Source of the DNA: a virus
Taxonomy: Duplodnaviria; Caudoviricetes
IMG/VR virus record: IMGVR_UViG_3300030708_002673
Span: 1-64,000 of that record
DNA length: 64,000 nucleotides
Direction: 5' to 3' (one strand)
Part shown: positions 26,757-35,145 of the stretch, in pieces
Position numbering within the stretch: the first letter of the stretch is position 1
How the letters are laid out: each line of letters opens with the position of its first letter
Made by a program: the position numbers and the translations under genes
Notes under the pieces: generated by a model
Told to the model about the DNA's origin: nothing
Databases searched by the model: none
What the model saw: the letters and a program-made list of their open reading frames with translations, nothing else

Positions 26757-26921
26757 ATGAACACACTGAAGATGATCCGCCGCCAGATCGAGAAGGCAGC
26801 TGCCCTTCACGATGCACAGATCACTCACACTGCTTACCGTGGTGTGAAGTATGAGTGCAAGCAACCCATTGAGGAAGCTCATGGGAACTTCTGCTATCGC
26901 GGACGGACCTACACCAAGTGA
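26757..26921 (+). CDS. DUF4278-like small protein (54 aa)
   Basis: AGGAGA RBS at 26745-50; two YRG motifs (AYRGVKY, CYRGRTY); position downstream of a glutamine riboswitch. Confidence 0.8.
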   Translation: MNTLKMIRRQIEKAAALHDAQITHTAYRGVKYECKQPIEEAHGNFCYRGRTYTK

Positions 26922-26947
26922 TGAGGTTGTAACAATCTCATATAAGT

Positions 26948-26975
26948 AAGGGAAGGTTTGACACCTTCCCTTTTC
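26948..26975 (+). terminator. Rho-independent terminator closing the riboswitch unit
   Basis: AAGGGAAGGT-TTGAC-ACCTTCCCTT then TTC. Confidence 0.85.
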
Positions 26976-26986
26976 TGTTTTATAAT
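26958..26986 (+). promoter_or_regulatory. Consensus sigma70 promoter of the thyX operon
   Basis: TTGACA(26958-63)-N17-TATAAT(26981-86); -35 lies in the terminator loop. Confidence 0.85.
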
Positions 26987-26992
26987 AAGACC

Positions 26993-27145
26993 ATGGAACG
27001 AGACAAACTCAAACTAATCGTTTCCGACTTGGAAATGCTGCTTAGTGCCCTCAAAGCAGAGGTCTACTCAGATGTAGAAGCGTATCGCTTCGATCAGATT
27101 GACCCTGTTGAAATTGATTACGACGAAACTTACGAAGGTCCATGA
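26993..27145 (+). CDS. Small acidic hypothetical protein (50 aa)
   Basis: MERDKLKLIVSDLEMLLSALKAEVYSD...; ATGA overlap with thyX. Confidence 0.75.
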   Translation: MERDKLKLIVSDLEMLLSALKAEVYSDVEAYRFDQIDPVEIDYDETYEGP

Positions 27146-27789
27146 GCGTCAAACTTATTAGCGTCACTCCCGATGCGGAGCAGACGATGGCATACATTGC
27201 CCGCGTAAGCAACCCTGCAAACCAAGAAAACGAAAAGTATGCAGGACTTCTGAAGTATTGCATCAAGCACAATCATTGGAGTGTATTTGAACAGTCTTCA
27301 ATGACACTAGAGATTCAAACTACACGTGCAATTTCAGCTCAAATATTGAGACATAGGAGCTTCACATTTCAAGAGTTTTCACAACGCTACGCTGATACTC
27401 AGCTCCTAAAGGATAACATTCCCCTGCCAAAGATGCGTCGGCAGGATACAAAGAACAGACAGAACTCTATTGATGATCTGGATGAATATATTGTCCAGAG
27501 ACTAGAGTTGCAGATGCAAACGCTGTTCTCTTCTGCTCAGGCACTGTACAACCAGATGCTGGATGCAGGTGTGGCAAAGGAGTGTGCAAGAAATGTGCTT
27601 CCTTTATGCTCGCCCACCAAAATGTACATGACAGGATCATGTAGGTCATGGGCGCATTATATTGCCCTGCGTACTGCTAACGGTACACAGCAGGAGCACA
27701 TGGACATCGCTAACGAGTGTAAGGAGATCTTCATCGAACAATTCCCTGCTGTTAGTGAGGCACTGGAATGGGTCGAATCTGCGGAATAA
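27142..27789 (+). CDS. thyX: FAD-dependent thymidylate synthase
   Basis: HWSVFE, QILRHRSFTFQEFSQRY, KECARNVLP, TQQEH. Confidence 0.97.
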   Translation: MSVKLISVTPDAEQTMAYIARVSNPANQENEKYAGLLKYCIKHNHWSVFEQSSMTLEIQTTRAISAQILRHRSFTFQEFSQRYADTQLLKDNIPLPKMRRQDTKNRQNSIDDLDEYIVQRLELQMQTLFSSAQALYNQMLDAGVAKECARNVLPLCSPTKMYMTGSCRSWAHYIALRTANGTQQEHMDIANECKEIFIEQFPAVSEALEWVESAE

Positions 27790-28760
27790 ATCTTTCACAC
27801 AATGGATCTCTTGCCATCCTTGAGGATGGGGAGGTCCAATTTTATGTGGAGGAGGAGAGATTGAGTCGTGTCAAGCGGGACAGGTCTGCCTACACTGCTG
27901 CGACTCAATTTTTAGATGATTCTATTGACGTGGTCACCATCAGTGACTGCTTCACCAAATATAACTTAGAAAAATACCTGCTTAGAACCAAGCAGGCAAA
28001 CAAAATCATCGACCTGGTCAAGGAAAGGGGACTTCCTCTCAAGGATTATCGTGACAGGCATCATGAATGTCATGCAGCGAACGCCTACTACAACTCTGGG
28101 TTCGATAATGCTGCTGTCATTGTCATGGATGGCAAAGGTTCCCTCCATCCACACAAGGACTGGAAGTTCTGTGAGACTGAAAGCATCTATGATGTAAGCA
28201 ATGGTAAGTTCGAGTCAGTCTTCAAACACTACTCAACATTCTGGAGTGAAGAGGAGTCTAAGAAGTTAGGTTCTTCCTTCTGGGATGGTAGAAACTTCTA
28301 CAGCAACAGGACCAGCGTCGGTCAGGCATACCGCAGGGTGTCACGATACTGTGGGTTTGATGAGACACATGCTGGTAAAACCATGGGTCTGTCAACGTAT
28401 GGTGCAGCACCTGAAGACCTGTTCGAGATTCACAATGGACACAGCGTGTGCTCCACTGAACTCAGTGCAGAAGGTAACACTACTCGTTACACAGGCATTG
28501 AATACCACCCTGAAGACTTAGCATACCGACTCCAGAAGTCTGCTGAGAAGCATGCCTTATTCATGTTGGAGAAGGCGTATGAGTTGACCGGCAGGGAGAA
28601 TGTGGTACTGACAGGAGGATTCTTCCTCAACTGCATTGCCAACTACCAACTCCTGAAGAGTGGCATAAATCTCTATGTAGATCCACTTGCATATGATGGC
28701 GGACTCGCCATTGGTTCTGCCCTTTTAGAACATTATGAGAACACTTTATCTCGGTCCTGA
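27768..28760 (+). CDS. Carbamoyltransferase (NodU/CmcH) N-terminal Kae1-like domain
   Basis: GINLSHNGS, EEERLSRVK, HHECHA, MDGKG, AGKTMGLS, GGFFLNC, DGGLAIG. Confidence 0.9.
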   Translation: MGRICGINLSHNGSLAILEDGEVQFYVEEERLSRVKRDRSAYTAATQFLDDSIDVVTISDCFTKYNLEKYLLRTKQANKIIDLVKERGLPLKDYRDRHHECHAANAYYNSGFDNAAVIVMDGKGSLHPHKDWKFCETESIYDVSNGKFESVFKHYSTFWSEEESKKLGSSFWDGRNFYSNRTSVGQAYRRVSRYCGFDETHAGKTMGLSTYGAAPEDLFEIHNGHSVCSTELSAEGNTTRYTGIEYHPEDLAYRLQKSAEKHALFMLEKAYELTGRENVVLTGGFFLNCIANYQLLKSGINLYVDPLAYDGGLAIGSALLEHYENTLSRS

Positions 28761-29331
28761 ATACGATCTCTCCTCAATCAAAGGCGAGGATGTAACTTAC
28801 GATGATGTAGCAGAGATCATTGCAGGTAGAGAACTAGTTGCTCTGTTCCAAGGTAGGTCAGAGGCAGGTCCTCGTGCCCTTGGCAATCGCTCTTTGCTTT
28901 ATGACCCTCGTGATCATGAAGCACAGAAAGTAGTAAACAAAATCAAAAAGCGTGAGGAGTGGAGACCATTTGCTGCCAGCGTCATGCTTGAGTATGCGAA
29001 TGATTGGTTTGACATGCAGGGACTCGACGAGTCACCCTTCATGATGTATGCCATGGATGCACGTCCACCTGGTTGGCATCTAATCCCAGGTGTCCTGCAC
29101 ATCGACAAGACTTGTCGCATCCAAACTGTTACTGAGCAACAGAACGAGCACTATTACAAACTGATCCGTGCATTCTGGGACAGGACGAGCATCCCAATGC
29201 TGTTCAACACTTCGTTCAACCTGGCAGGTCAACCTCTGGTAGAGACACCGCAAGATGCATTCGCTACCTTCAACATGTCAGACATACCTTACCTTTACTT
29301 CCCAGAGATCGGAAAGCTGGTACGAAAATGA
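28735..29331 (+). CDS. Carbamoyltransferase C-terminal (YrdC-like) domain
   Basis: FQGRSEAGPRALGNRSLL, KKREEWRPFA, HIDKTCRIQTV, NTSFNLAGQPLVET. Confidence 0.92.
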   Translation: MRTLYLGPEYDLSSIKGEDVTYDDVAEIIAGRELVALFQGRSEAGPRALGNRSLLYDPRDHEAQKVVNKIKKREEWRPFAASVMLEYANDWFDMQGLDESPFMMYAMDARPPGWHLIPGVLHIDKTCRIQTVTEQQNEHYYKLIRAFWDRTSIPMLFNTSFNLAGQPLVETPQDAFATFNMSDIPYLYFPEIGKLVRK

Positions 29332-29382
29332 CCTTTGAGTTACCGGAAACTGGAAAAAAAACTCGGGCAAAAAATTTGCTCC
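29323..29382. repeat. Dispersed A-tract repeat, long copy
   Basis: 39 of the first 45 nt identical to 37302 onward, including exact GAAACTGGAAAAAAAACTCGGG. Confidence 0.75.
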
Positions 29383-30143
29383 TAGGGTTGAACCTATCCA
29401 ACAATGGTTCGGCATGTGTTTTAGAGGATGGTAAACCTGTCTGGTACCTGGAGGCAGAGCGTGCTTCCTATGTCAAGTATGACTATGACATCAGGATTCT
29501 CCTGGACAGGTTGCCCAAGGGCATAGAGCACATTGCTCTGGCAGATTCCTTTTGGCAGCGAGGTAACAAGCAGGTCGATAACGTCAAGATGTTGTCTGCT
29601 GTCAAGAAAAAGTTCCCCGGTGCCACACTGTATGACTACAGGAAGAAGCACCACATGACGCATGCAGCGTGTGGTTTCTACAACTCTGGGTTCACCAGTG
29701 CCACCTGCATTGTGGTTGATTCCAACGGATCAAAGACACCAGATGGACTAGAGATTGAGTCTGTCTTCTTTGCTCCCACCTGGGACACCATTCACAAGAC
29801 GATGTTCTCTCCTGACAACATAGGTTTTGGTAGGAGATTTGAAGAGGCATGTGTCCACTATGGGTGGCACTACATGGATGCAGGTAAGGTCATGGGCAAG
29901 AGTGCATATGATTCTGAACCTGCCAAGTCTCTACAGGCAGAGTGGGAGGAGAGGGTGCTGGATCTGATCTGTACGGCACCTACAAAGGACATTGTTCTGG
30001 CAGGTGGATGCTTCCTGAACTGTGTAGCAAACTACAAAGCACTCAAAAGATTCCCTGACTACAGGTTCTATGCAGAACCACTAGCGAATGATGGAGGCAC
30101 TGCTATGGGTGCTGCTTACTTGGCATATCATGGCATCGATTGA
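29328..30143 (+). CDS. Second carbamoyltransferase N-terminal domain
   Basis: GLNLSNNGS, EAERAS, HHMTHA, VDSNGS, AGKVMGKS, GGCFLNC, DGGTAMG. Confidence 0.88.
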   Translation: MTFELPETGKKTRAKNLLLGLNLSNNGSACVLEDGKPVWYLEAERASYVKYDYDIRILLDRLPKGIEHIALADSFWQRGNKQVDNVKMLSAVKKKFPGATLYDYRKKHHMTHAACGFYNSGFTSATCIVVDSNGSKTPDGLEIESVFFAPTWDTIHKTMFSPDNIGFGRRFEEACVHYGWHYMDAGKVMGKSAYDSEPAKSLQAEWEERVLDLICTAPTKDIVLAGGCFLNCVANYKALKRFPDYRFYAEPLANDGGTAMGAAYLAYHGID

Positions 30144-30921
30144 CATCCTAGACATCAGTGCATCGATTGGATGTAACCTTCAGTGCAAAGGTTGCAACCA
30201 TTTCAGTAATTATTTTGCTCCTGGTAGCAAGATTGATACGGATAGTTTACTCAAAGATATTGAAACGCTATTGCCCAGGGTAAATATTGGTAGGGTATCT
30301 GTTATTGGTGGTGAACCCCTACTGAATCCACGTTGCAGAGAGATTCTCGATGCATGTACAGCAAACACTGATTCTCCTGTTTATCTATACAGCAATGGTC
30401 TATTGCTCCTGGAGAATGAAACGTGGATCAAAGAGGTCTTAGAGAATCCTCAAGTGTTCCTTAGGATCAGCATTCATTTAGAAAGAGTAGAAGATATCAT
30501 CAAAGAGTTCAACCATCCCAAGGTTCTCGTCACTGAGCACCACACAGGTAAGGATAGGTGGTTCAACTCAATCAAGAAGAGGGATGGCAAGGTCTACCCT
30601 TACACCCACAAGAATCCAGCAAAGAGTTTCAAGGTGTGCTCCTGCCCCAACGCACAGTTGTATGGAGGAAGACTATGGAAGTGTCCTAACACAGCATTCC
30701 TGAGGGAACTATTGTATGTAACAGAACAGCAGGATGATCCTGAGTGGCAGGAGTATCTTGTCGATGGTCTTCCTGTTACTTGCAGTGATGATGAGTTGAC
30801 AAAATTCTGTAGTAATAGTAAACTACCTGAGAGTGTATGTAACATGTGTACTGCCAAACCAATAAAGTTCAGTGCTGCACTGCAAGAACGCAGTAAACGA
30901 AAGGTCATTCTTCCAAAATAA
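30130..30921 (+). CDS. Radical SAM protein
   Basis: CNLQCKGC, VIGGEPLL, SNG, CSCPN..LY.G.LWKCP, VCNMC; start at ATG 30130. Confidence 0.9.
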   Translation: MASIDILDISASIGCNLQCKGCNHFSNYFAPGSKIDTDSLLKDIETLLPRVNIGRVSVIGGEPLLNPRCREILDACTANTDSPVYLYSNGLLLLENETWIKEVLENPQVFLRISIHLERVEDIIKEFNHPKVLVTEHHTGKDRWFNSIKKRDGKVYPYTHKNPAKSFKVCSCPNAQLYGGRLWKCPNTAFLRELLYVTEQQDDPEWQEYLVDGLPVTCSDDELTKFCSNSKLPESVCNMCTAKPIKFSAALQERSKRKVILPK

Positions 30922-30924
30922 ATA
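30919..30924 (+). promoter_or_regulatory. Late promoter
   Basis: AATAAATA overlapping the radical SAM stop. Confidence 0.55.
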
Positions 30925-30942
30925 CCCAAAACTACCCCCCAC

Positions 30943-31194
30943 ATGCCAACATACCCCGTAAAAAATTTAGAAACAGGTGAGACAAAGGAATTGTCCATGA
31001 CTGTCGCTGAGTATGATCAGTGGAAGAAAGACAATCCTGCCTGGGATAAAGACTGGTCTAAAGGTGTTGCCTCTGCCGTTAGTGGCACAGGTGATGTCTA
31101 TAGCAGAACTGATGGCGGATGGAACGAAGTCCTGTCAAAGGTTGCACAAGTCCCCGGTTCCAAAGTCAAACCCCAGAAAACTACCCATTCATGA
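30943..31194 (+). CDS. Conserved T4-like cyanophage protein (FmdB-like N-terminus without Cys)
   Basis: MPTYPVKN..TGE, W.EVLSKV; lies directly upstream of phoH. Confidence 0.7.
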   Translation: MPTYPVKNLETGETKELSMTVAEYDQWKKDNPAWDKDWSKGVASAVSGTGDVYSRTDGGWNEVLSKVAQVPGSKVKPQKTTHS

Positions 31195-31946
31195 CCGCAC
31201 GTCGTAAGAAAATTTCGTCATCTGTTGGTGCTGGTATGACTGCTAAGCAAATGCGACGCAAGAAACCAATCAATTCTGATTCGATGGTAGAGATCCTACC
31301 AATCACCGACAATCAGGAGACAGTCTTTCAGAAGTACAAGGAAGATCAGAACCTGTTTCTGTATGGGTGTGCTGGCACGGGTAAGACATTTATCACTCTC
31401 TACCTGGCATTGAGGGATGTACTTGATCCCCTGACCCAATACAACAAGGTCGTTCTTGTTCGCTCGTTGGTGTCTACTCGGGAGATTGGTTTTCTTCCTG
31501 GTGATCATGAGGATAAGTCTGCTCTTTACCAGATTCCTTACAAGAATATGGTGAAGTACATGTTCGAGATGCCTACGGACAATGACTTTGAGATGCTCTG
31601 GGGTAACCTCAAGACACAGGAGTCAGTGACGTTCTGGTCTACTAGTTTCATCCGTGGTACCACACTGGATGATGCTATTATTATCGTAGATGAGTCTCAG
31701 AACCTGAACTTCCACGAACTTGACAGTATCATCACCCGTGTTGGTGAAGGTTCTAAGATCATGTTCTGTGGTGACGTAGCACAGACTGACCTTGTCAAGA
31801 CCAATGAGAAGAATGGAATCCTAGATTTCATGAAGATCATTCAGCGTATGCCTGAGTTTGATGCCATTGAATTTGGTATCGAAGACATCGTCCGCTCTGG
31901 TCTTGTCAAGTCTTATCTCACCAGCAAAATCGAACTTGGTATGTGA
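31191..31946 (+). CDS. phoH: PhoH-like ATPase
   Basis: GCAGTGKT, EIGFLPG, SFIRGTTLDDAIIIVDESQN, FCGDVAQTD, IVRSGLV. Confidence 0.95.
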   Translation: MTARRKKISSSVGAGMTAKQMRRKKPINSDSMVEILPITDNQETVFQKYKEDQNLFLYGCAGTGKTFITLYLALRDVLDPLTQYNKVVLVRSLVSTREIGFLPGDHEDKSALYQIPYKNMVKYMFEMPTDNDFEMLWGNLKTQESVTFWSTSFIRGTTLDDAIIIVDESQNLNFHELDSIITRVGEGSKIMFCGDVAQTDLVKTNEKNGILDFMKIIQRMPEFDAIEFGIEDIVRSGLVKSYLTSKIELGM

Positions 31947-32611
31947 TGTTTGATCATGTAGAATGTGAACTTCCGCGACTCTCGCGGAAGAATATTGATG
32001 GAGTTCGTTTCTACACAGTCAATGAGAGACCGATGGTGTCCATCACCTCGGTCACTTCTCATTGGAATGCTAAGAAGTTTGTAGAGTGGCGGAAGCGTGT
32101 CGGTGATGAAGAAGCAAACCGCATCACCAAGCGTGCCACCAGTCGTGGTACTGAATGTCACGAGTTGATCGAGACATTCATGCTGAATAAAGAGGTTCAA
32201 TATAAGAATCCTGGACCGAAGATGCTCTTCCTCCAGGCGAAGAAGACGTTGGAAAAGATAAATAATATCTACGCATTAGAAAAAAGTCTCTACAGCGAAG
32301 AGCTTGGGGTAGCAGGCACAGTAGATTGCATCGCTGAGTACGAAGGCGAGCTTGCTATCATTGACTTCAAAACATCAGCAAAACCTAAACCTAGATCTTG
32401 GATTGAAGGTTACTTTGTACAGGCAGCTGCATATGCTTGTATGTTCTTCGAGCGTACTGGTATTCCCGTCAAAAAACTTGTCATCATTATGACATGTGAG
32501 AACGGAGAGGTGCAAGTATACGAAGAGTATGATAAAATGAAATATATGAAACTTCTTGTTCTATACATCGAGAAATTCGTTGAAGAAAAAATCACAGCAC
32601 TCCAAGTCTGA
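31946..32611 (+). CDS. PD-(D/E)xK exonuclease
   Basis: SITSV, RGTECH, GVAGTVDCIA, IIDFKTS, YFVQAAAY. Confidence 0.88.
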   Translation: MFDHVECELPRLSRKNIDGVRFYTVNERPMVSITSVTSHWNAKKFVEWRKRVGDEEANRITKRATSRGTECHELIETFMLNKEVQYKNPGPKMLFLQAKKTLEKINNIYALEKSLYSEELGVAGTVDCIAEYEGELAIIDFKTSAKPKPRSWIEGYFVQAAAYACMFFERTGIPVKKLVIIMTCENGEVQVYEEYDKMKYMKLLVLYIEKFVEEKITALQV

Positions 32612-32612
32612 A

Positions 32613-32861
32613 ATGAAATCAATTTTGAAGAGTAAGTTCTTGTGTCAAGACAAGTTCACGAATGACATTGAGAACTTAGTCAAAGACAATGCTGACATGA
32701 ACTACATCGAGGCGATTTGTTTCTATTGTGAGACAAACAACATCGAGATCGAGTCAGTGTCTAATCTCATCACCAAACCCTTGAAAGAAAAACTCAAAGG
32801 GAATGCGATGAACCTAAATTATTTGAAGAGGACATCCAGAGCAAAGTTCTTTAGTATCTAA
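32613..32861 (+). CDS. 33: Late-promoter transcription coactivator gp33
   Basis: F...IE.LV....NYIEAI..YCE.N.IE.ESV..LI...LKEKL...A..LN.LK; start uncertain (32556 TTG or 32613). Confidence 0.85.
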   Translation: MKSILKSKFLCQDKFTNDIENLVKDNADMNYIEAICFYCETNNIEIESVSNLITKPLKEKLKGNAMNLNYLKRTSRAKFFSI

Positions 32862-33937
32862 TGGACAAACGAGAGTTCAAACTATCTCAGATCAAGAGTC
32901 ACCTATCAGTAGAGAGACTTCGAGAAGTATCTGAGAGTGTGGACTTCGTTAGACAACAGAAAGGATTCTGGACAACAAACTTCAAGCAGGTTACTCCTGA
33001 AGAGATTGCATCTCTTGAGGCGGAGCGACCTACCACAAGACTGTTGAGCATACATGTCATCAACGGATGCAACCTGGCATGTCGTGCGTGTAACCATAAC
33101 AGTAGTCTTCTTGGTGTCAAGAGTGGGGTAGACATCGATGCTTTGATGGAAGACATCAAAGAATTCTTGCCCAAAGTATATGTGTGGAGTCATATCAGCA
33201 TCATTGGTGGTGAACCTTTACTAGAACCACGTACCAGAGAGGTCGTGAAGGTCACCAGAGAGGTCGCAGAGGCAACGGGGCAGACCTGTAACATAAAACT
33301 GTTTAGCAACGGTTCACGCCTCTTACAGGAGCAGGAGTGGATCGCTGATGAAATGTTGAAAGGTGTCAACTTCAGACTCACTTTTCATAAACCCTGGTAC
33401 ACTGAGCAAGGATCAGTGAACTGGTGTAATGCTGCAAAGTTCATCAGGTATCTTCAGTCCAGAGACGTGGACATCGATAACCTGTTGGAGTTCAGTGAAG
33501 CATTCCGTCAACTGGATGGCAAACCCAGGCAGTGGTTTGACATCGTGCGGTACGAGATCACAAAAGATCAGATCAAATACTATCCATTCGAGGAAGGGAA
33601 TCCTGAAGAAAGTTTTCAGCATTGCACCTGTCCCAATAGTCAGTTGTATAATGGACACCTGTGGAAGTGTCCCATGATCTCTTACCTCAGGGAATCATTG
33701 GATGCCACAGATCAACTCAATGATCCTGAATGGCAGAAGTATCTGGCGTACAAACCCACCAGCATCTCTGCTTCCACAGATGACATCCGAGCATCGTTTG
33801 ATGAGGTAACAAAACCTCATGAGATCTGCTCCATGTGTCCTCGCAACCCTGTGTGGTTCACAGCAACCAAACAGTTGGATGCGAAATTGAAAAAGAACGT
33901 CGCAATGCACGATGAAGCAACCTATGACACCGTTTGA
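32861..33937 (+). CDS. Radical SAM protein (paralog of 30130-30921)
   Basis: CNLACRAC, IIGGEPLL, FSNG, CTCPNSQLYNGHLWKCP, ICSMC. Confidence 0.9.
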   Translation: MDKREFKLSQIKSHLSVERLREVSESVDFVRQQKGFWTTNFKQVTPEEIASLEAERPTTRLLSIHVINGCNLACRACNHNSSLLGVKSGVDIDALMEDIKEFLPKVYVWSHISIIGGEPLLEPRTREVVKVTREVAEATGQTCNIKLFSNGSRLLQEQEWIADEMLKGVNFRLTFHKPWYTEQGSVNWCNAAKFIRYLQSRDVDIDNLLEFSEAFRQLDGKPRQWFDIVRYEITKDQIKYYPFEEGNPEESFQHCTCPNSQLYNGHLWKCPMISYLRESLDATDQLNDPEWQKYLAYKPTSISASTDDIRASFDEVTKPHEICSMCPRNPVWFTATKQLDAKLKKNVAMHDEATYDTV

Positions 33938-34520
33938 TACTTACAAAGAGTATCTGGCGTACAAGAATCACTTCTCCAAGGAGAAGTATGATTACTTTGT
34001 GTATGGTGGCAAGTCCAGAGCAAGTCTTGACTCCTTCTACAAGAGGAAGGACAGGTACTTCTTTGAGAAGACATCCAGGAAGTACAAGGACGAGGACATC
34101 CGAAACTTCTTCCTTGCTAACTTTGTGAGCACTGATAATCCACAGGGTCTGTGGATTGGTAACATCATCCGTGGTGGTGAGGGAGTTTACGTAGCGTGGC
34201 AGCGTCGTCAGCAGAGTTTGTTCTACAACTTCAAGAGCACCAACAAAACCATGCTGGAACAGTATGGGTTGCAGGACTTCATTGAAGTAAAGGGTGGTCA
34301 CCCACCACTCCTCAAAGAATATCTGGCAGGCAACCTCAGCATTGAGGAGGCAGTGATCTATGAGAAGTTGTTTGGATACTGTAAAGACTACGACAAGAAA
34401 CTAGATGACCCGGTGTGGCATCAGATCGGAATGAAGATCAAAAAGTATCTACCGTTTCTAAATATTGACAAAGAAAAGTATCGCAAGCAAGTAATTGCTG
34501 AGGTCAACGATCAATTCTAA
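33924..34520 (+). CDS. 59: Helicase loader gp59
   Basis: Y..YLA.KNHF...KYDY..Y.GK, F.KRKDRYFFEK..RKY. Confidence 0.88.
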   Translation: MTPFDTYKEYLAYKNHFSKEKYDYFVYGGKSRASLDSFYKRKDRYFFEKTSRKYKDEDIRNFFLANFVSTDNPQGLWIGNIIRGGEGVYVAWQRRQQSLFYNFKSTNKTMLEQYGLQDFIEVKGGHPPLLKEYLAGNLSIEEAVIYEKLFGYCKDYDKKLDDPVWHQIGMKIKKYLPFLNIDKEKYRKQVIAEVNDQF

Positions 34521-34849
34521 TGAGCAAATTTTTTGAGAACGAGAATGTCCGCCGTGAAATGGAGGACATCTATGACATCCAAAAAGAACTGTACAATGTG
34601 ATCATGCAGTTCCCCTCCATGTCTGATGCTGCGAAGTGGGAGCACATTGAAACGTTGAAGAGTTTGATTGAGAAGCAGCAGATCATGTGGACCAGGGTCT
34701 CGTACTCCGAAGACCCTGAAGCAGTTGACATGAAGAAAAAGATTCAGGAGTCTGCCAAACAGATTGGTTTTGGTAATGCAGACATGAATACTATCTTCAG
34801 CAACATGAAGAACACCTTGAACCTCATGCAGACCCAACTGAAGAGGTAA
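34520..34849 (+). CDS. Conserved cyanophage protein (DUF1825-like)
   Basis: Helical protein, FF..E.V..EM..I..Q, LIEKQ.IM.TR.S.S.DP.A. Confidence 0.65.
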   Translation: MSKFFENENVRREMEDIYDIQKELYNVIMQFPSMSDAAKWEHIETLKSLIEKQQIMWTRVSYSEDPEAVDMKKKIQESAKQIGFGNADMNTIFSNMKNTLNLMQTQLKR

Positions 34850-34855
34850 TAAATA
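34850..34855 (+). promoter_or_regulatory. Late promoter
   Basis: AATAAATA right after the stop at 34849. Confidence 0.5.
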
Positions 34856-34872
34856 AGTTTTTATTCACTCCT

Positions 34873-35145
34873 ATGATCTCTGTTTTATTTGTTGGTAAGG
34901 TGAAGGAGTTCACTGATGAATACAATGAATACAATAACACCCTGCTGGATAGTGCACAAAAGATCCCAGGGTTTATTGGTATGGAAAGTGAGATGGTAGA
35001 TGACATTGAAATCACCATCAGTCAGTGGCAGAGTGAAGATGACGTGCGGGAGTGGGCACGTGATCCAACGCACATGAAAGCAAAGCGAAGGGTCAAAAAG
35101 TGGTACCACTGGTACCGCGCTAAGCATTTTACGTCTAACCAATGA
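34873..35145 (+). CDS. Antibiotic biosynthesis monooxygenase (ABM)-like protein
   Basis: IPGFIG, ISQWQSED.V..W...P.H..A....K.WY. Confidence 0.7.
   Translation: MISVLFVGKVKEFTDEYNEYNNTLLDSAQKIPGFIGMESEMVDDIEITISQWQSEDDVREWARDPTHMKAKRRVKKWYHWYRAKHFTSNQ

Noticed and set aside
28735-28760. Programmed frameshift fusing the carbamoyltransferase N and C domains
   Set aside because: The C-domain ORF has its own ATG and I see no slippery heptamer or stimulatory structure in the 26-nt overlap
21019-30143. Saxitoxin-like cluster (amidinotransferase + carbamoyltransferase + oxygenases)
   Set aside because: Genes are in different transcription units and no SxtA-like PKS or other pathway core is present
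31946-32611. Cas4-like nuclease suggesting CRISPR-Cas
   Set aside because: Standard T4-like exonuclease between phoH and gene 33; no Cys cluster, repeat-spacer array or cas genes in the window
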